Assembly (NCBI RefSeq): GCF_044704955.1
Contig: NC_092006.1
Coordinates: forward strand, 5,952,001 to 6,016,000
Direction of reading: 5' to 3'
Length of the DNA stretch: 64,000 nucleotides
Origin: Pristiophorus japonicus
Taxonomy: Eukaryota
Part shown: one piece after another, positions 47,700 to 61,284 of the stretch
Layout: each line of letters begins with the position of its first letter
Position numbering within the stretch: position 1 is the stretch's first letter
The notes under the pieces: generated by a model
Seen by the model: only the letters and a program-made list of their open reading frames with translations
What the model was told of the DNA's origin: nothing
Databases searched by the model: none
Translations under genes and position numbers: made by a program

Positions 47700-49640
47700 A
47701 AGTAAGACTTGCATTTATATAGTGCCTTTCACGACAACCGGACATCCCAAAGCGCTTTACAGCCAATGAAGTACTTTTCGGAGTGTGGTCACTGTTGTAT
47801 TGTGGGAAACACAGCAGCCAATTTACGCACAGCAAGCTCCCACACACAGCAATGTGATAATGACTCAGAACATGATGTTGGCCGAGGGATAAATATTGGC
47901 CCCAGGACACCGGGGAGAACTCCCCCTGCTCTTCTTCGAAATAGTTCCGTGGAATCTTTTACGTCCGCTTGAGAGGGCAGACGTGGCCTCGGTTTAATGT
48001 CTCATCTAAAAGACAGCACCTCTGATAGTGCTGCGCTCCCTCAGTCCTACCCCTCCAACAGTGCGGCGCTCCCTCAGTACCGCCCCTCCGACAGTGCGGC
48101 GCTCCCTCAGTACTGCCCCTCCGACAGTGCGACGCTCCCTCAGTACTGCCCCTCCGACAGTGCGACGCTCCCTCAGTACTGCCCCTCTGACAGTGCGGCA
48201 CTCCCTCAGTACTGCCCCTCCGACAGTGCGACGCTCCCTCAGTACTGCCCCTCCGACAGTGCGGCACTCCCTCAGTACCGCCCCTCCGACAGCGCGGTGC
48301 TCCCTCAGTACTGCCCCTCCGACAGTGCTGTGCTCCCTCAGTACTGCCCCTCTGACAGCGCGGTGCTCCCTCAGTACCGCCCCTCCGACAGTGCGGCACT
48401 CCCTCAGTACCGCCCCTCCGACAGTGCTGTGCTCCCTCAGTACTGCCCCTCCGACAGTGCGGCACTCCCTCAGTACTGCCCCTCCGACAGTGCGGCGCTC
48501 CCTCAGTACTGCCCCTCCGACAGTGCGGCGCTCCCTCAGTACCGCCCCTCCGACAGCGCGGTGCTCCCTCAGTACTGCCCCTCCGACAGTGTGGCGCTCC
48601 CTCAGTACTGCCCCTCCGACAGTGCGGCGCTCCCTCAGTACCGCCCCTCCGACAGCGCAGTGCTCCCTCAGTACCGCCCCTCCGACAGCGCGAGGCTCCC
48701 TCAGTACTGCCCCTCCGACAGTGCGGCACTCCCTCAGTACTGCCCCTCCGACAGTGCGGCGCTCCCTCAGTACTGCCTCTCTGACAGCGCGGCGCTCCCT
48801 CAGTACTGCCCCTCCGACAGCGCGGCGCTCCCTCAGTACTGCCCCTCCGACAGCACGGTGCTCCCTCAGTACTGCCCCTCCGACAGTGCAGCGCTCCCTC
48901 AGTACCGCCCCTCCGACAGTGCGGCGTTCCCTCAGTACCGCCCCTCCGACAGTGCGACGCTCCCTCAGTATTGCCCCTCCGACAGTGCGGCGCTCCCTCA
49001 GTACCGCCCCTCTGACAGCGCGGCGCTCCCTCAGTACTGCCCCTCCGACAGCGCGGCGCTCCCTCAGTACTGCCCCTCCGACAGCGCGGCGCTCCCTCAG
49101 TACCGCCCCTCTGACAGCGCGGCGCTCCCTCAGTACTGCCCCTCCGACAGCGCGGCGCTCCCTCAGTACTGCCCCTCCGACAGCGCGGTGCTCCCTAAGT
49201 ACTGCCCCTCCGACAGAGCGGCGCTCCCTCAGTACCGCCCCTCCGACAGCGCGGCGTTCCCTCAGTACCGCCCCTCCGACAGCGCAGCGCTCCCTCAGTA
49301 CCGCCCCTCCGACAGCGCGGCACTCCCTCAGTACCGCCCCTCCGACAGTGCGGCGTTTCCTCAGTACTGCCCCTCCGACAGCGTGGCGCTCCCTCAGTAC
49401 TGCCCCTCCGACAGCGTGGCGCTCCCTCAGTACTGCCCCTCCGACAGCGTGGCGCTCCCTCAGTACTGCCCCTCCGACAGCGCGGCGCTCCCTCAGTACT
49501 GCCCCTCCGACAGTGCAGCGCTCCCTCAGTACTGCCCCTCCGACAGCGCGGTGCTCCCTCAGTACTCCAGTGGAGTGTCTGCCTGGATCTTTTGTGCTTG
49601 AGTCCCCGGAGTGGAACGTGAACCCACAACCTTGTGACTA
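47700..49640 (-). mobile_element. Deu-SINE with the 33 bp unit expanded to about 47 copies (48020-49565)
   Basis: SINE tail, core and head flank the array CAGTACTGCCCCTCCGACAGTGCGGCGCTCCCT. Confidence 0.85.
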
Positions 49641-50174
49641 AGAGGGGCATTGAGGGTTATACGGATAGAGTGAGATGAGGAAAGACGGGAGGAGGCTCGA
49701 GTGGGGCATAAACGCCGGCACGGACTGGTTGGGCCGAGTGGCGTGTTTCGGTGGCGTATACCCGCTGTAATCCGTGTGATGGTACAAGTGCTGATCCCTA
49801 GCAGTGGCCACACCACTCAGTTTAAGCGGGATGCGCTGATTTGCGACGTGCGTCAGAATAAATTGGAGCACGAAGCGTGTTGTCTGGACCACGCTGACCG
49901 TTCCCCATCAATCCCGCCCAGAAGATGTGGGTATCAGACCCGTGGAGGTATACCCTGTGGGATCTGAGGGTTACTGTGCCTCAGTGCCGAAACGTGGCCG
50001 ATGATCGCGACTGATCAGGTTAAACTGACGCAGTACGCCGGGGATGTCACAATACGGGCTCCACTGGTACCTGTACATTGCAACAACTTGCATTTATTTG
50101 CCTCCTGTAACATCCCAAGGAGCGTTATCACACTGGAGTAATGTGCACAATTCTGGCCACCGCACCACGAACAC

Positions 50175-52750
50175 AAGAACTAGGAGCAGGAGTCGGCCAT
50201 ACGGCCCCTCGAGCCTGCTCCACCATTCAATACGATCCTGGCTGATCCGATCATGGACTCAGCTCCACTTCCCCACCCGCTCCCCGTAACCCTTCACTCC
50301 CTTATCGCTCAAAAACCTGTCTATCTCCGCCTTAAATATATTCAATGACCCAGCCTCCACAGCTCTCTGGGGCAGAGAATTCCACAGATTTACCACCCTC
50401 GGAGAGAAAAAATTCCTCCTCATCTCAGTTTTAAATGGGCGGCCCCTTATTCTAATACCATGCCCCCTAGTTCTAGTCTCCCCCATCAGTGGAAACATCC
50501 TGTCTGCATCCACCTTGTCGAGCCCCCTCATTATCTTATACGTTTTGATAAGATTACCTCTCATTCTTCTGAACTGCAATGAGTAGAGGCCCAACCTCCT
50601 CAAACAATCCACATAAGACAACCCCCTCATCTCTGGAATCAACCGAGTGAATCTTCTTTGAGCTCCCTCCACAGCAAGTGTATCCTTCCTTAAATACGGA
50701 GACCAAAACTGCATGCAGTACTCCAGGTGTGGCCTCACCAATACCCTGTACAGTTGTAGCAGGACTTCCCTGCTTTTATACTCCATCCCCCTTTGCAATA
50801 AAGGCCAAGATTCCATTGGCCTTCCTGATCACTTGCTGTACCTGCATACTAACCTTTTGTGTTTCATGCACAAGGACCCCCAGGTCCCGCTGTACTGCAA
50901 CACTTTGCAATTTTTCTCCATTTAAATTATAATTTGTTTTTCTATTATTTCTGCCATTTTCCCACATTATACTCCATCTGCCAAATGTTTACCCATTCAC
51001 TTAGCCTGTCTATATCCCTTTGCAGATTTTTTGTGTCCTCCTCACAACTTGCTTTCCCTCCCATCTTTGTATCATCAGCAAACTTGGCTACACTACACTC
51101 TGTCCCCTCTTCCAGGTCATCTATGTATATTGTAAACAGTTGTGGTCCCAGCACCGATCCCTGTGGCACACCACTAACCACTGATTTCCAACCCGAAAAG
51201 GACCCATTTATCCCGACTCTCTGCTTTCTGTTCGCCAGCCAATTCTCTATCCATGCTAATACATTTCCTCTGACTCTGCATACCTCTATCTTCTGCAGTA
51301 ACCTTTTGTGTGGCACCTTATCGAATGCCTTTTGGAAATCTAAATACACCACATCCATCGGTACACCTCTATCCACCATGCTCGTTATATCCTCAAAGAA
51401 TTCTAGTAAATTAGTTAAACATGATTTCCCCTTCATGAATCCATGCTGCGTCTGCTTGATTGCACTATTCCTATCTCGATGTCCCGCTATTTCTTCTTTA
51501 ATGATAGTTTTCAAGCATTTTCCCCACTACAGATGTTAAACTAACCGGCCTATAGTTACCTGCCTTTTGTCTGCCCCCTTTTTTAAACAGAGGCGTTACA
51601 TTAGCTGCTTTCCAATCCACTGGTACCTCCCCAGAGTCCAGAGAATTTTGGTAGATTATAACGAATGCATCTGCTATAACTTCCACCATCTCTTTTAATA
51701 CCCTGGGATGCATTTCATCAAATCCACGGCCTTCTGTTTACCGACCCACCTGCCCCTGTGAACAGCATGTCCGTATTTGCTCGATTCAAAACCCTTCGTC
51801 ATTTTGATGTGGGAGACTTGCAGAAAGCAGAACGGGGTTTAAAATGAGCGTGGAAAAGGGATTAGAAATGGCACTTTGTAGGGCACTTTAAAGAGGTGAC
51901 GCACTCCCTTTAAAATGTGAAGGCCGTCTTGTCCAATGGAGATTGTGTGTCCTTCAATCACAGAATCACAGAAATTTACAGCGCGGGAGGAGGCCATTCG
52001 GTCCATCGTGTCCGTGCCGGCCGACCAAGAGCCACCCAGCCTAATCCCACTTTCCAGCTCTCAGTCCGGAGCCTTGTAGGTTACGACACTTCAGGTGCAC
52101 ATCCAAATGTGGTGAGGGTTTCTGCCTCTACCACCCTTTCAGGCAGTGAGTTCCTCCCCAGATCCCCACCACCATCTGGGTGAAGACATTTCCCCTCAAA
52201 TCCCCTCTAAACCTCTCCCCCAATTACTTTCAATCTCTGTCCCCTGGTTGTTGACCCCTCTGCCGAGGGAAACAGGTCCGTCCTATCCACTCTATCCAGG
52301 CCCCTCATCATTTTACACCCCTCAACAAGGTCTCCCCTCTGTTCCAAAGAAAACAACCCCAGCCTATCCACAGGAACATAAGAAATAGGAGCAGGAGTCG
52401 GCCATTCGGCCCCTCGAGCCTGCTCCGCCATTTAATACGATCATGGCTGATCCGATCATGGACTCAGCTCCACTTCCCTGCCCGTCCCCTTATCCCCTTA
52501 TCGGTTAAGAAATTGTCTCTCTCTGTCTTAAATATATTCAATGTCCCAGCCTCCACAGCTCTCTGGGGCAGAGAATTCCACAGATTTACCACCCTCTGAG
52601 AGAAGAAATTCCTCCTCATCTCAGTTTTAAATGGGCGGCCCCTTATTCTAAGATCGTGCCCCCTAGTTCTAGTCTCCCCCATCAGTGGAAACATCCTCTC
52701 TGCATCCACCTTGTCAAGCCCCCCTCATAATCTGATACGTTTCGATAAGA
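50175..52750 (-). mobile_element. CR1 fragments: RT-containing 50175-51720 (frameshifted) and 51955-52750
   Basis: [25 protein letters not shown]. Confidence 0.9.
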
Positions 52751-52949
52751 TCGCCTCTCATTCTTCTGAATGACAGGGCAGAGGTCGCCAGAGAGGCGTG
52801 CTGTCCCTTTAAATGGCAGGACCAGATTTGCCGACTGGCGACACACTGTCCCTTTAAACGCCAGCTTCCTCTGTCGGCTGATCCTGGGAAAACAAGGGGC
52901 CCCTTTCTTCAGCCCTCTGCCAATCAGCTCGCTCCGACAAGGCGAAAGA

Positions 52950-53077
52950 CTTGCTGCAGCCTCGAGCTCCTGTGACAGCGCAGAGCAGGCAGGAGAGGGG
53001 CAGGGAGGGGTGTAAGAGTGAGGGGGGGTGGCGCAGCGGAGAGAGAAGGGGGCTGGGAGCTGGCCGCTGGCTACACG

Positions 53078-53114
<37 letters not shown>

Positions 53115-53208
53115 GTGACAGTCACCATGAGCAGTCGCGACTCTCAGGGGCGACGCAGTCCGGAGTAGAGGGAGAGAGACAGCTACCACTTTGCAGCACA
53201 ACAGGTTG
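52950..53208 (+). other. PAQR6: Probable non-coding first exon and GC-rich promoter of PAQR6 (start approximate)
   Basis: GC-rich unique island among repeats, ending in donor TTG|GTGAGT at 53209. The next PAQR6 exon has an acceptor and therefore needs an upstream exon. The linkage is inferred. Confidence 0.45.
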
Positions 53209-53276
53209 GTGAGTTCCCCAGTTAAACCTCTTTACAAACTGTCTGTTTCAAGTCATTCCCAGAGCAACAGACTCGA

Positions 53277-55670
53277 CGGCCGGACATCCCAAAGCGCTTT
53301 ACAGCGAAGTACTTTTGTGGTCGCTGTTGTAATGTGGGAAACGCGGCAGCCAATTTGCGCACAGCAAGCTCCCACACACAGCGACGTGATAATGACCCGG
53401 ATCATCTGTTTTCGTGATGTTGGTTGAGGGATAAATATTGGCCCCAGGACACTGGGGAGAACTCCCCCTGCTCTTCTTCCAATAGTGGTCCCGGGATCTT
53501 TTACATCCACCCGAGAGGGCAGACGGGGCCTCGGTTTAATGTCTCATCTGAAAGACGGCACCTCCGACAGTGCGGCACTCCCTCAGTACCGCCCCTCTGA
53601 CAGTGCGGCGCTCCCTCAGTACCGCCCCTCCGACAGTGCGGCGCTCCCTCAGCACTGCCCCTCCGACAGTACGGCGCTCCCTCAGTACCGCCCCTCCGAC
53701 AGTGCGGCGCTCCCTCAGTACCGCCCCTCCGACAGTGCGGCGCTCCCTCAGCACTGCCCCTCCGAGAGTACGGCGCTCCCTCAGTACCGCCCCTCCGACA
53801 GTGCGGCGCTCCCTCAGCACTGCCCCTCCGACAATACGGCGCTCCCTCAGTACCGCCCCTCCGACAGCGCAGTACGGCGCTCCCTCAGTACTGCCCCTCC
53901 GACAGCGCAGTACGGCGCTCCCTCAGTGTCGCCCCTCCGACAGAGCAGTGCGGCGCTCCCTCAGTACTTCCCCTCCGACAGTGCGGCGCTCCCTCAGTAC
54001 TGCCCCTCCGACAGCTCAGTACGGTGCTCCCTCAGTACTGCCCCTCCGACAGCGCAGTACGGCGCTCCCTCAGTACTGCACTGGGAGTGTTGGCCTAAAT
54101 TTTTGTGCTTGAAGTCTCTGGAGTGGGATAACCATCTGAATCGGAGGCGAGAGTACTACCCACTGAGCCACGGCTGACAATAGCTGACTGAAAGCGAACA
54201 AGCCTCAACTATCTTTCAAACAAATGCTTCTGCAAATTAAGTTGTGCGGGAACTTTACATAACATGTTGTGTTTCAGATCGAAAAAGGCTTAAGGAAATG
54301 AAAAATAAAATATACACAGGCTGAGCAAAAGTTGTGGCAACTTGTAAATGTTCTTTTATGCAGCCCCAGGGGAGGAGATGGAGTTGTTGCTCGGGTTTCT
54401 GGAAGAGCTACGGCAGAGGTCAGGGTTCATGGGGAGCGGGGGTCAGGGGTCAACGAGCAGAATGGACAGAAAGATGGCTGCAAAAACAGGGTGGGATTTT
54501 TAGGAAGATTCCGCGGGATGGCGATAAGCAGGAAGTGATTTTCCGCAGGGGCCCGCACCGAGACCCCTGGTGTTCACACATCGAAAAGACGTGTATTTCT
54601 ATAGCGCCTTTCACAACATCAGGATGTCCCAAAGCACTTCACAGCCAATGAAGTACTTTTGGAGTGTGGTCACTGTTGTATTGTGGGAAACGCGGCAGCT
54701 CAATTTGCGCACAGCAAGCTCCCACACACAGCCATGTGATAATGACCCAGATCATCTGTTTTAGTGATGTTGGTTGAGGGATAAATATTGGCCCCAGGAC
54801 ACCGGGGAGAACTCCCCCTGCTCTTCTTCCAATAGTGGCCCCGGGATCTTTTACATCCACCCGAGAGGGCAGACGGGGCCTCGGTTTAACGTCTCATCCG
54901 AAAGACAGCACCTCCGACAGTGCGGCACTCCCTCAGTACTGCCCCTCCGACAGTGCGGTGCTCCCTCAGTACCGCCCCTCCGACAGTGCGGCGCTCCCTC
55001 AGTACCGCCCCTCCGACAGTGCGGCGCGCCCTCAGTACCGCCCCTCCGACAGTACGGCGCTCCCTCAGTACCGCCCCTCCGACAGCGCAGTACGGCGCGC
55101 CCTCAGTACAGCCCCTCCGACAGTACGGCGCTCCCTCAGTACTGCCCCTCCGACAGTGCGGCACTCCTTCAGTACTGTCCCTCCGACAGCGCAGTACGGC
55201 GCTCCCTCAGCACTGCCCCTCCGACAGCGCAGTACGGCGCTCCCTCAGCACTGCCCCTCCGACAGCGCAGTACGGCGCTCCCTCAGCACTGCCCCTCCGA
55301 CAGCGCAGTACGGCGCTCCCTCAGCACTGCCCCTCCGACAGCGCAGTACGGCGCTCCCTCAGCACTGCCCCTCCGACAGTGCGGTGCTCCCTCAGCACTG
55401 CCCCTCCGACAGCGCAGTACGGCGCTCCCTCAGCACTGCCCCTCCGACAGCGCAGTACGGCGCTCCCTCAGCACTGCCCCTCCGACAGTACGGCGCTCCC
55501 TCAGCACTGCCCCTCCGACAGCGCAGTACGGCGCTCCCTCAGCACTGCCCCTCCGACAGCGCAGTACAGCGTTCCCTCAGTACTGCCGCTCCGACAGCGC
55601 AGTACGGTGCTCCTTCAGCACTGCCCCCTCCGACAGCGCAGTATGGCGTTCCCTCAGTACCGACAGTGCG
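53277..55670 (-). mobile_element. Two Deu-SINEs (53277-54178; 54590-55670) with mixed 33/38 bp arrays
   Basis: Same core. The variant unit carries an extra GCAGT. Confidence 0.82.
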
Positions 55671-55679
55671 GCGCTCCAG

Positions 55680-56110
55680 ACCCTGGACTGCTGATCCGGA
55701 GACCCGGGTTCAAATCCCACCACAGCAGCTGGGGAATTTAAATTCAGTTCATGAAATAAACCTGGAATTTTTTTTAAAAAGCGAGTATCAGTGAATGGGT
55801 GACCATGAAACTACGGGATTGGCGTTAAAACCCATCTGGTTCACTAATGTCCCTTTTAGGAAAGAAAATCTGTCGCCCTTACCCGGTCTGGCCGATATGT
55901 GACTCCACAGACCCACAGCGATGGGGTTGACTCTGAACTGTCCCTCTGAAATGGACTAGCGAGACACCCAGACACACAGTCACTGTGGGAACACCTTCAC
56001 CACACGGACTGCAGCGGTTCAAGAAGGTGGCTCACCTTCTCAAGGGGCAATGAGGGACGGCCAATAAATGCCGGCCTTGCCAGCCACGCCCACATCCCGT
56101 GAACCAATAG
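55680..56110 (+). mobile_element. Second tRNA-derived SINE family
   Basis: B-box GGTTCAAATCC and tail AATAAATGCCGGCCTTGCCAGC..CCCACATCCC. Reverse pieces at ~23420-23625 and ~24715-24905. Confidence 0.6.
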
Positions 56111-56204
56111 ATTAAAGGAAAGATTGAGCAGGCTAGGGAAGATTGATTGCGAGGGGACCAGATCGAGGGGATCGAAGTGATGAAAGGGGTTCCATACATA
56201 AAAC

Positions 56205-58957
56205 AGAAAACATAGAAAATAGGTGCAGGAGCAGGCCATTCGGCCCTTCGAGCCTGCACCACCATTCAATAAGATCATGGCTGATCATTCCTTCAGTACC
56301 CCTTTCCTGCTTTCTCTCCATACCCCTTGATCCCCTTCACCGTAAGAGCCATATCTAACTCCCTCTTGAATATATCCAGTGAACTGGCCTCAACAACTCT
56401 CTGCGGCAGGGAATTCCACAGGTTAACAACTCTCTGAGTGAAGAAGTTTCTTCTCATCTCAGTCCTAAATGGCTTACCCCTTATCCTAAGACCACGTCCC
56501 CTGGTTCTGGACTTCCCCAACATCGGGAACATTCTTCCCGCATCTAACCTGTCCAGTCCCGTCAGAATCTTATATGTTTCTATGAGCTCCCCTCTCATCC
56601 TTCTAAACTCCAGTGTGCTGACGTGGATTGAGAACTGGTTGGCAGACAGGAAGCAAAGAGTAGGAGTAAATGGTATTTTTCAGAATGGCAGGCAGTGACT
56701 AGTGGGGTACCGCAAGGTTCTGTGCTGGGGCCCCAGCTCTTTACAATATATATTAATGATTTAGACGAGGGGATTAAATGCAGATGACACTAAGCTGGGT
56801 ATCAGTGTGAGCTGTGAGGAGGACGCTAAGAGGCTGCAGGGTGACTTGGACAGGTTAGGTGAGTGGGCAAATGCATGGCAGATGCAGTATAATGTGGATA
56901 AATGTGAAGTTATCCACTTTGGGGGCAAAAAACACGAAGGCAGAATATTATCTGAATGGCGGCAGATTAGGAAAAGGAGAGGTGCAACGAGACCTGGGAG
57001 TCATGGTTCATCAGTCATTGAAAGTTGGCATGCAGGTACAGCAGGCGGTGAAGAAGACAAATGGTATGTTGGCCTTCATAGCTAGGGGATTTGAGTATAG
57101 GAGCAGGGAGGTCTTACTGCAGTTGTACAGGGCCTTAGTGAGGCCTCACCTGGAATATTGTGTTCAGTTTTGGTCTCCTAGTCTGAGGAAGGACGTTCTT
57201 GCTGTTGAGGGACTCCATAGGCTCGAGACTGTTTCCAGAGTTCTGGGTGAGTCCAGAACTCGGGGACATAAACACAAGATAGTCACCAACAGGTCAAATA
57301 AAGAATTTAGGGGGGATTTCGTTCGACCAGAGAGTGGTGAGAATGTGGGGCGCGTTACCGCAGTGAGTGGTCGCGCTTTGACGTATTTCAGGGGAGGGTT
57401 GATGCATACACGAGGGAGAAAGGAATAGAGGGGTACAGGGGCAAGGTGGGAAGAGGTTATCAGAGTGAAAGGAGACTCGTGTGGAGCATAGACCAGTTGG
57501 GCCAAACGGCCATTCCTTCGCTCCACCATTGGCGGCCATGTCTTCAGCTGCCTGGGCTCCAAACCCTATAATACGTGGACCTCATCATAGGGGGTCCCTC
57601 GAAGCGAGGATGACTTGCTTCCCCACCAAAAGGGATGAGTTCACAGATGTTTCAATGAAGGACCCGATGTTCCAGTCCTGAACTCCAATCGAAGGAGTGG
57701 AAATATAGAAACATAGAAAATAGGGGCAGGAGTAGGCCATTCGGCCCTTCGAGCCTGCACCACCATTCAATGAGTTCATGGCTGAACATGCAACTTCAGT
57801 ACCCCATTCCTGCTTTCTCGCCATACCCCTTGATCCCCGAGTAGTAAGGACTTCATTTAACTCCTTTTTGAATATATTTAGTGAACTGGCCTCAACTACT
57901 TTCTGTGGTAGAGAATTCCACAGGTTCACCACTCTCTGGGTGAAGACGTTTCTCCTCATCTCGGTCCTAAATGGCTTACCCCTTATCCTTAGACTGTGAC
58001 TCCTGGTTCTGGACTTCCCCAACATTGGGAACATTCTTCCTGCATCTAACCTGTCTAAACCCGTCAGAATTTTAAACGTTTCTATGAGATCCCCTCTCAT
58101 TCTTTTGAACTCCAGTGAATACAGGCCCAGTTGATCCAGTCTTTCTTGATATGTCAGTCCCACCATCCCTGGAATCAGTCTGGTGAACCTTCGCTGCACT
58201 CCCTCAATAGCAAGAATGTCCTTCCTCAAGTTAGGAGACCATAACTGTACACAATACTCCAGGTGTGGCCTCACCAAGGCCCTGTACAACTGTAGTAACA
58301 CCTCCCTGCCCCTGTACTCAAATCCCCTCGCTATGAAGGCCAACATGCCATTTGCTTTCTTAACCGCCTGCTGTATCTGCATGCCAACCTTCAATGACTG
58401 ATGTACCATGACACCCAGGTCTCGTTGCACCTCCCCTTTTCCTTATCTGTCACCATTCAGATAATAGTCTGTCTCTCTGTTTTTACCACCAAAGTGGATA
58501 ACCTCACATTTATCCACATTATACTTCATCTGCCATGCATTTGCCCACTCACCTAACCTATCCAAGTCACTCTGCAGCCCCATAGCATCCTCCTCGCAGC
58601 TCACACTGCCACCCAACTTAGTGTCATCTGCAAATTTGGAGATACTACATTTAATCCCCTCGTCTAAATCATTAATGTACAGTGTAAACAGCTGGGGCCC
58701 CAACACAGAACCTTGCAGTACCCCACTAGTCACTGCCTGCCATTCTGAAAAGTACCCATTTACTCCTACTCTTTGCTTCCTGTCTGACAACCAGTTCTCA
58801 ATCCACGTCAGCACACTACCCCCAATCCCATGTGCTTTAACTTTGCACATTAATCTCTTGTGTGGGACCTTGTCGAAAGCCTTCTGAAAGTCCAAATATA
58901 CCACATCAACTGGTTCTCCCTTGTCCACTCTACTGGAAACATCCTCAAAAAACTCCA
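56205..58957. mobile_element. CR1 fragments (56205-56612 -, 56613-57212 +, 57705-58957 -)
   Basis: RT and C-terminal motifs, with frameshifts. Confidence 0.9.
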
Positions 58958-59494
58958 GATACCTGTGGGTGGATTTATTTAACGTGGGGTGACCGTTGCA
59001 CACCAGCCACCACACGGGGCTTGACAGAGCGAGGTCTTGGTCCAGGGGCAAGGGTTAACCAGGACGACTGGAGACCAGCTCTGCTGCACGGACCCAGTGC
59101 GCGCACATATCGCACAGTGTGGGCTGGGCCCCCGTGCTGCCCCTGGGCCCTCGCCTCTTCTGGGCCCCCTTACGCTCATTCGCCGCACCTCCGCGCCAAA
59201 CATTCCTCGCACCTCCGTCACGACCACGCGCCGAATCTCAGCCACGATCGCTCAGCACTCCCGCGCACCGGTCATTTGCCGCATTTCTCCCTCGATTTCT
59301 CGCCGCTTCTCCGCCTCAAACGTTCGCTGCAGCTCCGCCACGACCCATCGCCGCTCTGCCGCTCCGACCTACCCGCTCCTCCGCTGTACCTGGGCCCCGC
59401 CGGTGCTCCTGCCCCCGCTCCAAACAGCGTCCTGGGTTTCGATGACCTCATCCAGCATATATGCACCGGTTTGTCGAGCTGTTGAGTTGGGCGG

Positions 59495-59703
59495 GGCTTA
59501 GCCAGTCACGTGACGTTCCCAAGACTCAATAAAACCCCGGCCAGTTGGGTTCGGGGGATCCACGATAGGGCAGATGGTTGTGAGCCTGGTGGATGAACTG
59601 GTAATGTGTGGTGTGATTGTTAAACCTTTGCTCATAAACCAACTAGTTCTTAATAGCAAATGTGAATTCTTAAGCAAAGAACCCATGAAGCAAATGCATT
59701 ACA
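59495..59703 (+). mobile_element. Possible partial solo LTR
   Basis: Unique block with an E-box, AATAAA/CATAAA and a terminal ..TTACA. No partner LTR is seen. Confidence 0.3.
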
Positions 59704-60725
59704 CCCTCCCTAAACCTCTCCACCCCTCTCTCCTCCTTTAAGACGCTCCTTAAAATGTATCCCTCAATCAACATAACAAAAAAACAGATGATCTGGGTCA
59801 TTGTCACATTGCCGTTTGTGGGAGCTTGCTGTGCGCAAATTGGATGCTGCGTTTCCCACATTACAACAGCGACTACACTCCAAAAGTACTTCATTGGCTG
59901 TAAAGCGCTTTGAGACGTCCGGTGGTCGTGAAAGGCGCTATATAAATGCAAGTCTTTCTTTTTTCAAAGCGACCTCTTTGAGCAAGCTGTTCGTCACCTG
60001 TTCCAGTATCTACCCATGTGGCTCGGTGTTAAATGTTGTCTGATAATCGCTCCTGTGAAGCACCCTGGGACGTTTGACCAAGTTTATCATCATCATAGAC
60101 AGTCCCTCGGAATCGAGGAAGACTCGCTTCCACTCTAACAATGAGTCCTCAGGTGGCTGAACAGTCCAATAAGAGAGCCACAGTCCCCGTCACAGGTGGG
60201 ACACACAGTGGTTGAGGGAAGGGGAGGGTGGGACAGGTTTGCCGCACGCTCCTTCCGCTGCCTGCGCTTGGTTTCCGCACACTCTCGGCGACGAGACTCG
60301 AGGTGCTCAGCGCCCTCCCGGATGCACTACCTCCACTTAGGGCAGACTGGTCTTTGGCCAGGGACTCCCAGGTGTCGGTGGGGAGGTTGCACTTTATCAG
60401 GGAGGGTTTCCCTTGTAGCGTTTCCTCTGCCCCCCCTCCTTTGGCTCGTTTGCCGTGAGGGAGTTCCGTGTAGAGCGCTCGCTTTGGGAGTGCTGTATGA
60501 AGGTAAATTGTTGTAGGGTTGTTAAAGGAATTGCCTCATGGTTTGCTGCCTTTGATCTAAAACTACCTCTAACTTGTTTCCTGCAGACAGGCACTGGACA
60601 GGCAATGGAGGTGAGGAAGAGAAGGTGAGGAAGGCACCAGACTGGGCTACCTTGGTCCTCCAAGACTGGACACCTACAGGAAAACCAGGGTAGTGCGCCA
60701 GCTAGTACGGGAACAGGACTCCGAG

Positions 60726-60776
60726 ATGTTAACAGTCAAATTGCCCCACCTCTTAAACAATCACCAAGTCCCGAGA
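60726..60776 (+). CDS. PAQR6: PAQR6 (membrane progestin receptor delta) first coding exon MLTVKLPHLLNNHQVPR
   Basis: 51 coding nt, donor GTAAGT, acceptor tttcctgcAG at 60585-60586. Resembles the PAQR5/6 N-terminus MLSLKLP..HQVPR. Confidence 0.88.
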
Positions 60777-61033
60777 GTAAGTCCGGTGTAACTGACATCT
60801 CGTCCAAACGTTCACTAATTACCCCCCGACAGTGGCCATAAAATCTCTTACGCCTCCCACGTTAAACAAGCAAACCTTGCATGGGACACCCACCTCCTGC
60901 CCTCAGACCTTACTTCCTGTTGTCGCAGGTTCCAGTCACGCTGTTGTGACATCAAGCCCAGTGCTAACTTGCTATGTTCACATTGCCCAATCAGTTTTTG
61001 CTATGTAAACGGTCACGGAGTAGTTTCAGACTC

Positions 61034-61244
61034 TGGCCACTTGATGGCGCTGCAGAGCAGTTTACTAAAGTTTCTCTCCTCCCGATTCCAGCACCAGTCT
61101 TGTAATGTATATAAAACAAAACTAAATATTCTACAACTGACTGTGTGAAATTTCAAACATTTTGTAAAATTCGTATCATTTATCTGACCCTCTTTCAGAT
61201 AACATTTATAGTTCCTGATCACTCACTCATGCCCCCTGCTGGAG
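61034..61244. promoter_or_regulatory. Two oppositely oriented CTCF-like motifs in a PAQR6 intron
   Basis: TGGCCACTTGATGGCGCTG (+, 61034-61052) and CTCCAGCAGGGGGCAT (-, 61244-61229). Confidence 0.4.
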
Positions 61245-61284
61245 ATAGCTAGGCACACACATGTAACCAGACATCCACACAAGA

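Noticed and set aside
47997-49641. 534/537 aa ORFs (and similar ones at 8258, 53485, 54835, 62713)
   Set aside because: They are translations of a stop-free 33 bp repeat inside a SINE, open in several frames.
50175-51720. Active full-length LINE
   Set aside because: All copies are 5'-truncated, lack the endonuclease and ORF1, and are frameshifted.
53112-53168. Start of a separate protein-coding gene (MVTVTM..)
   Set aside because: It stops after 18 codons, before the splice donor, so it is treated as a possible uORF.
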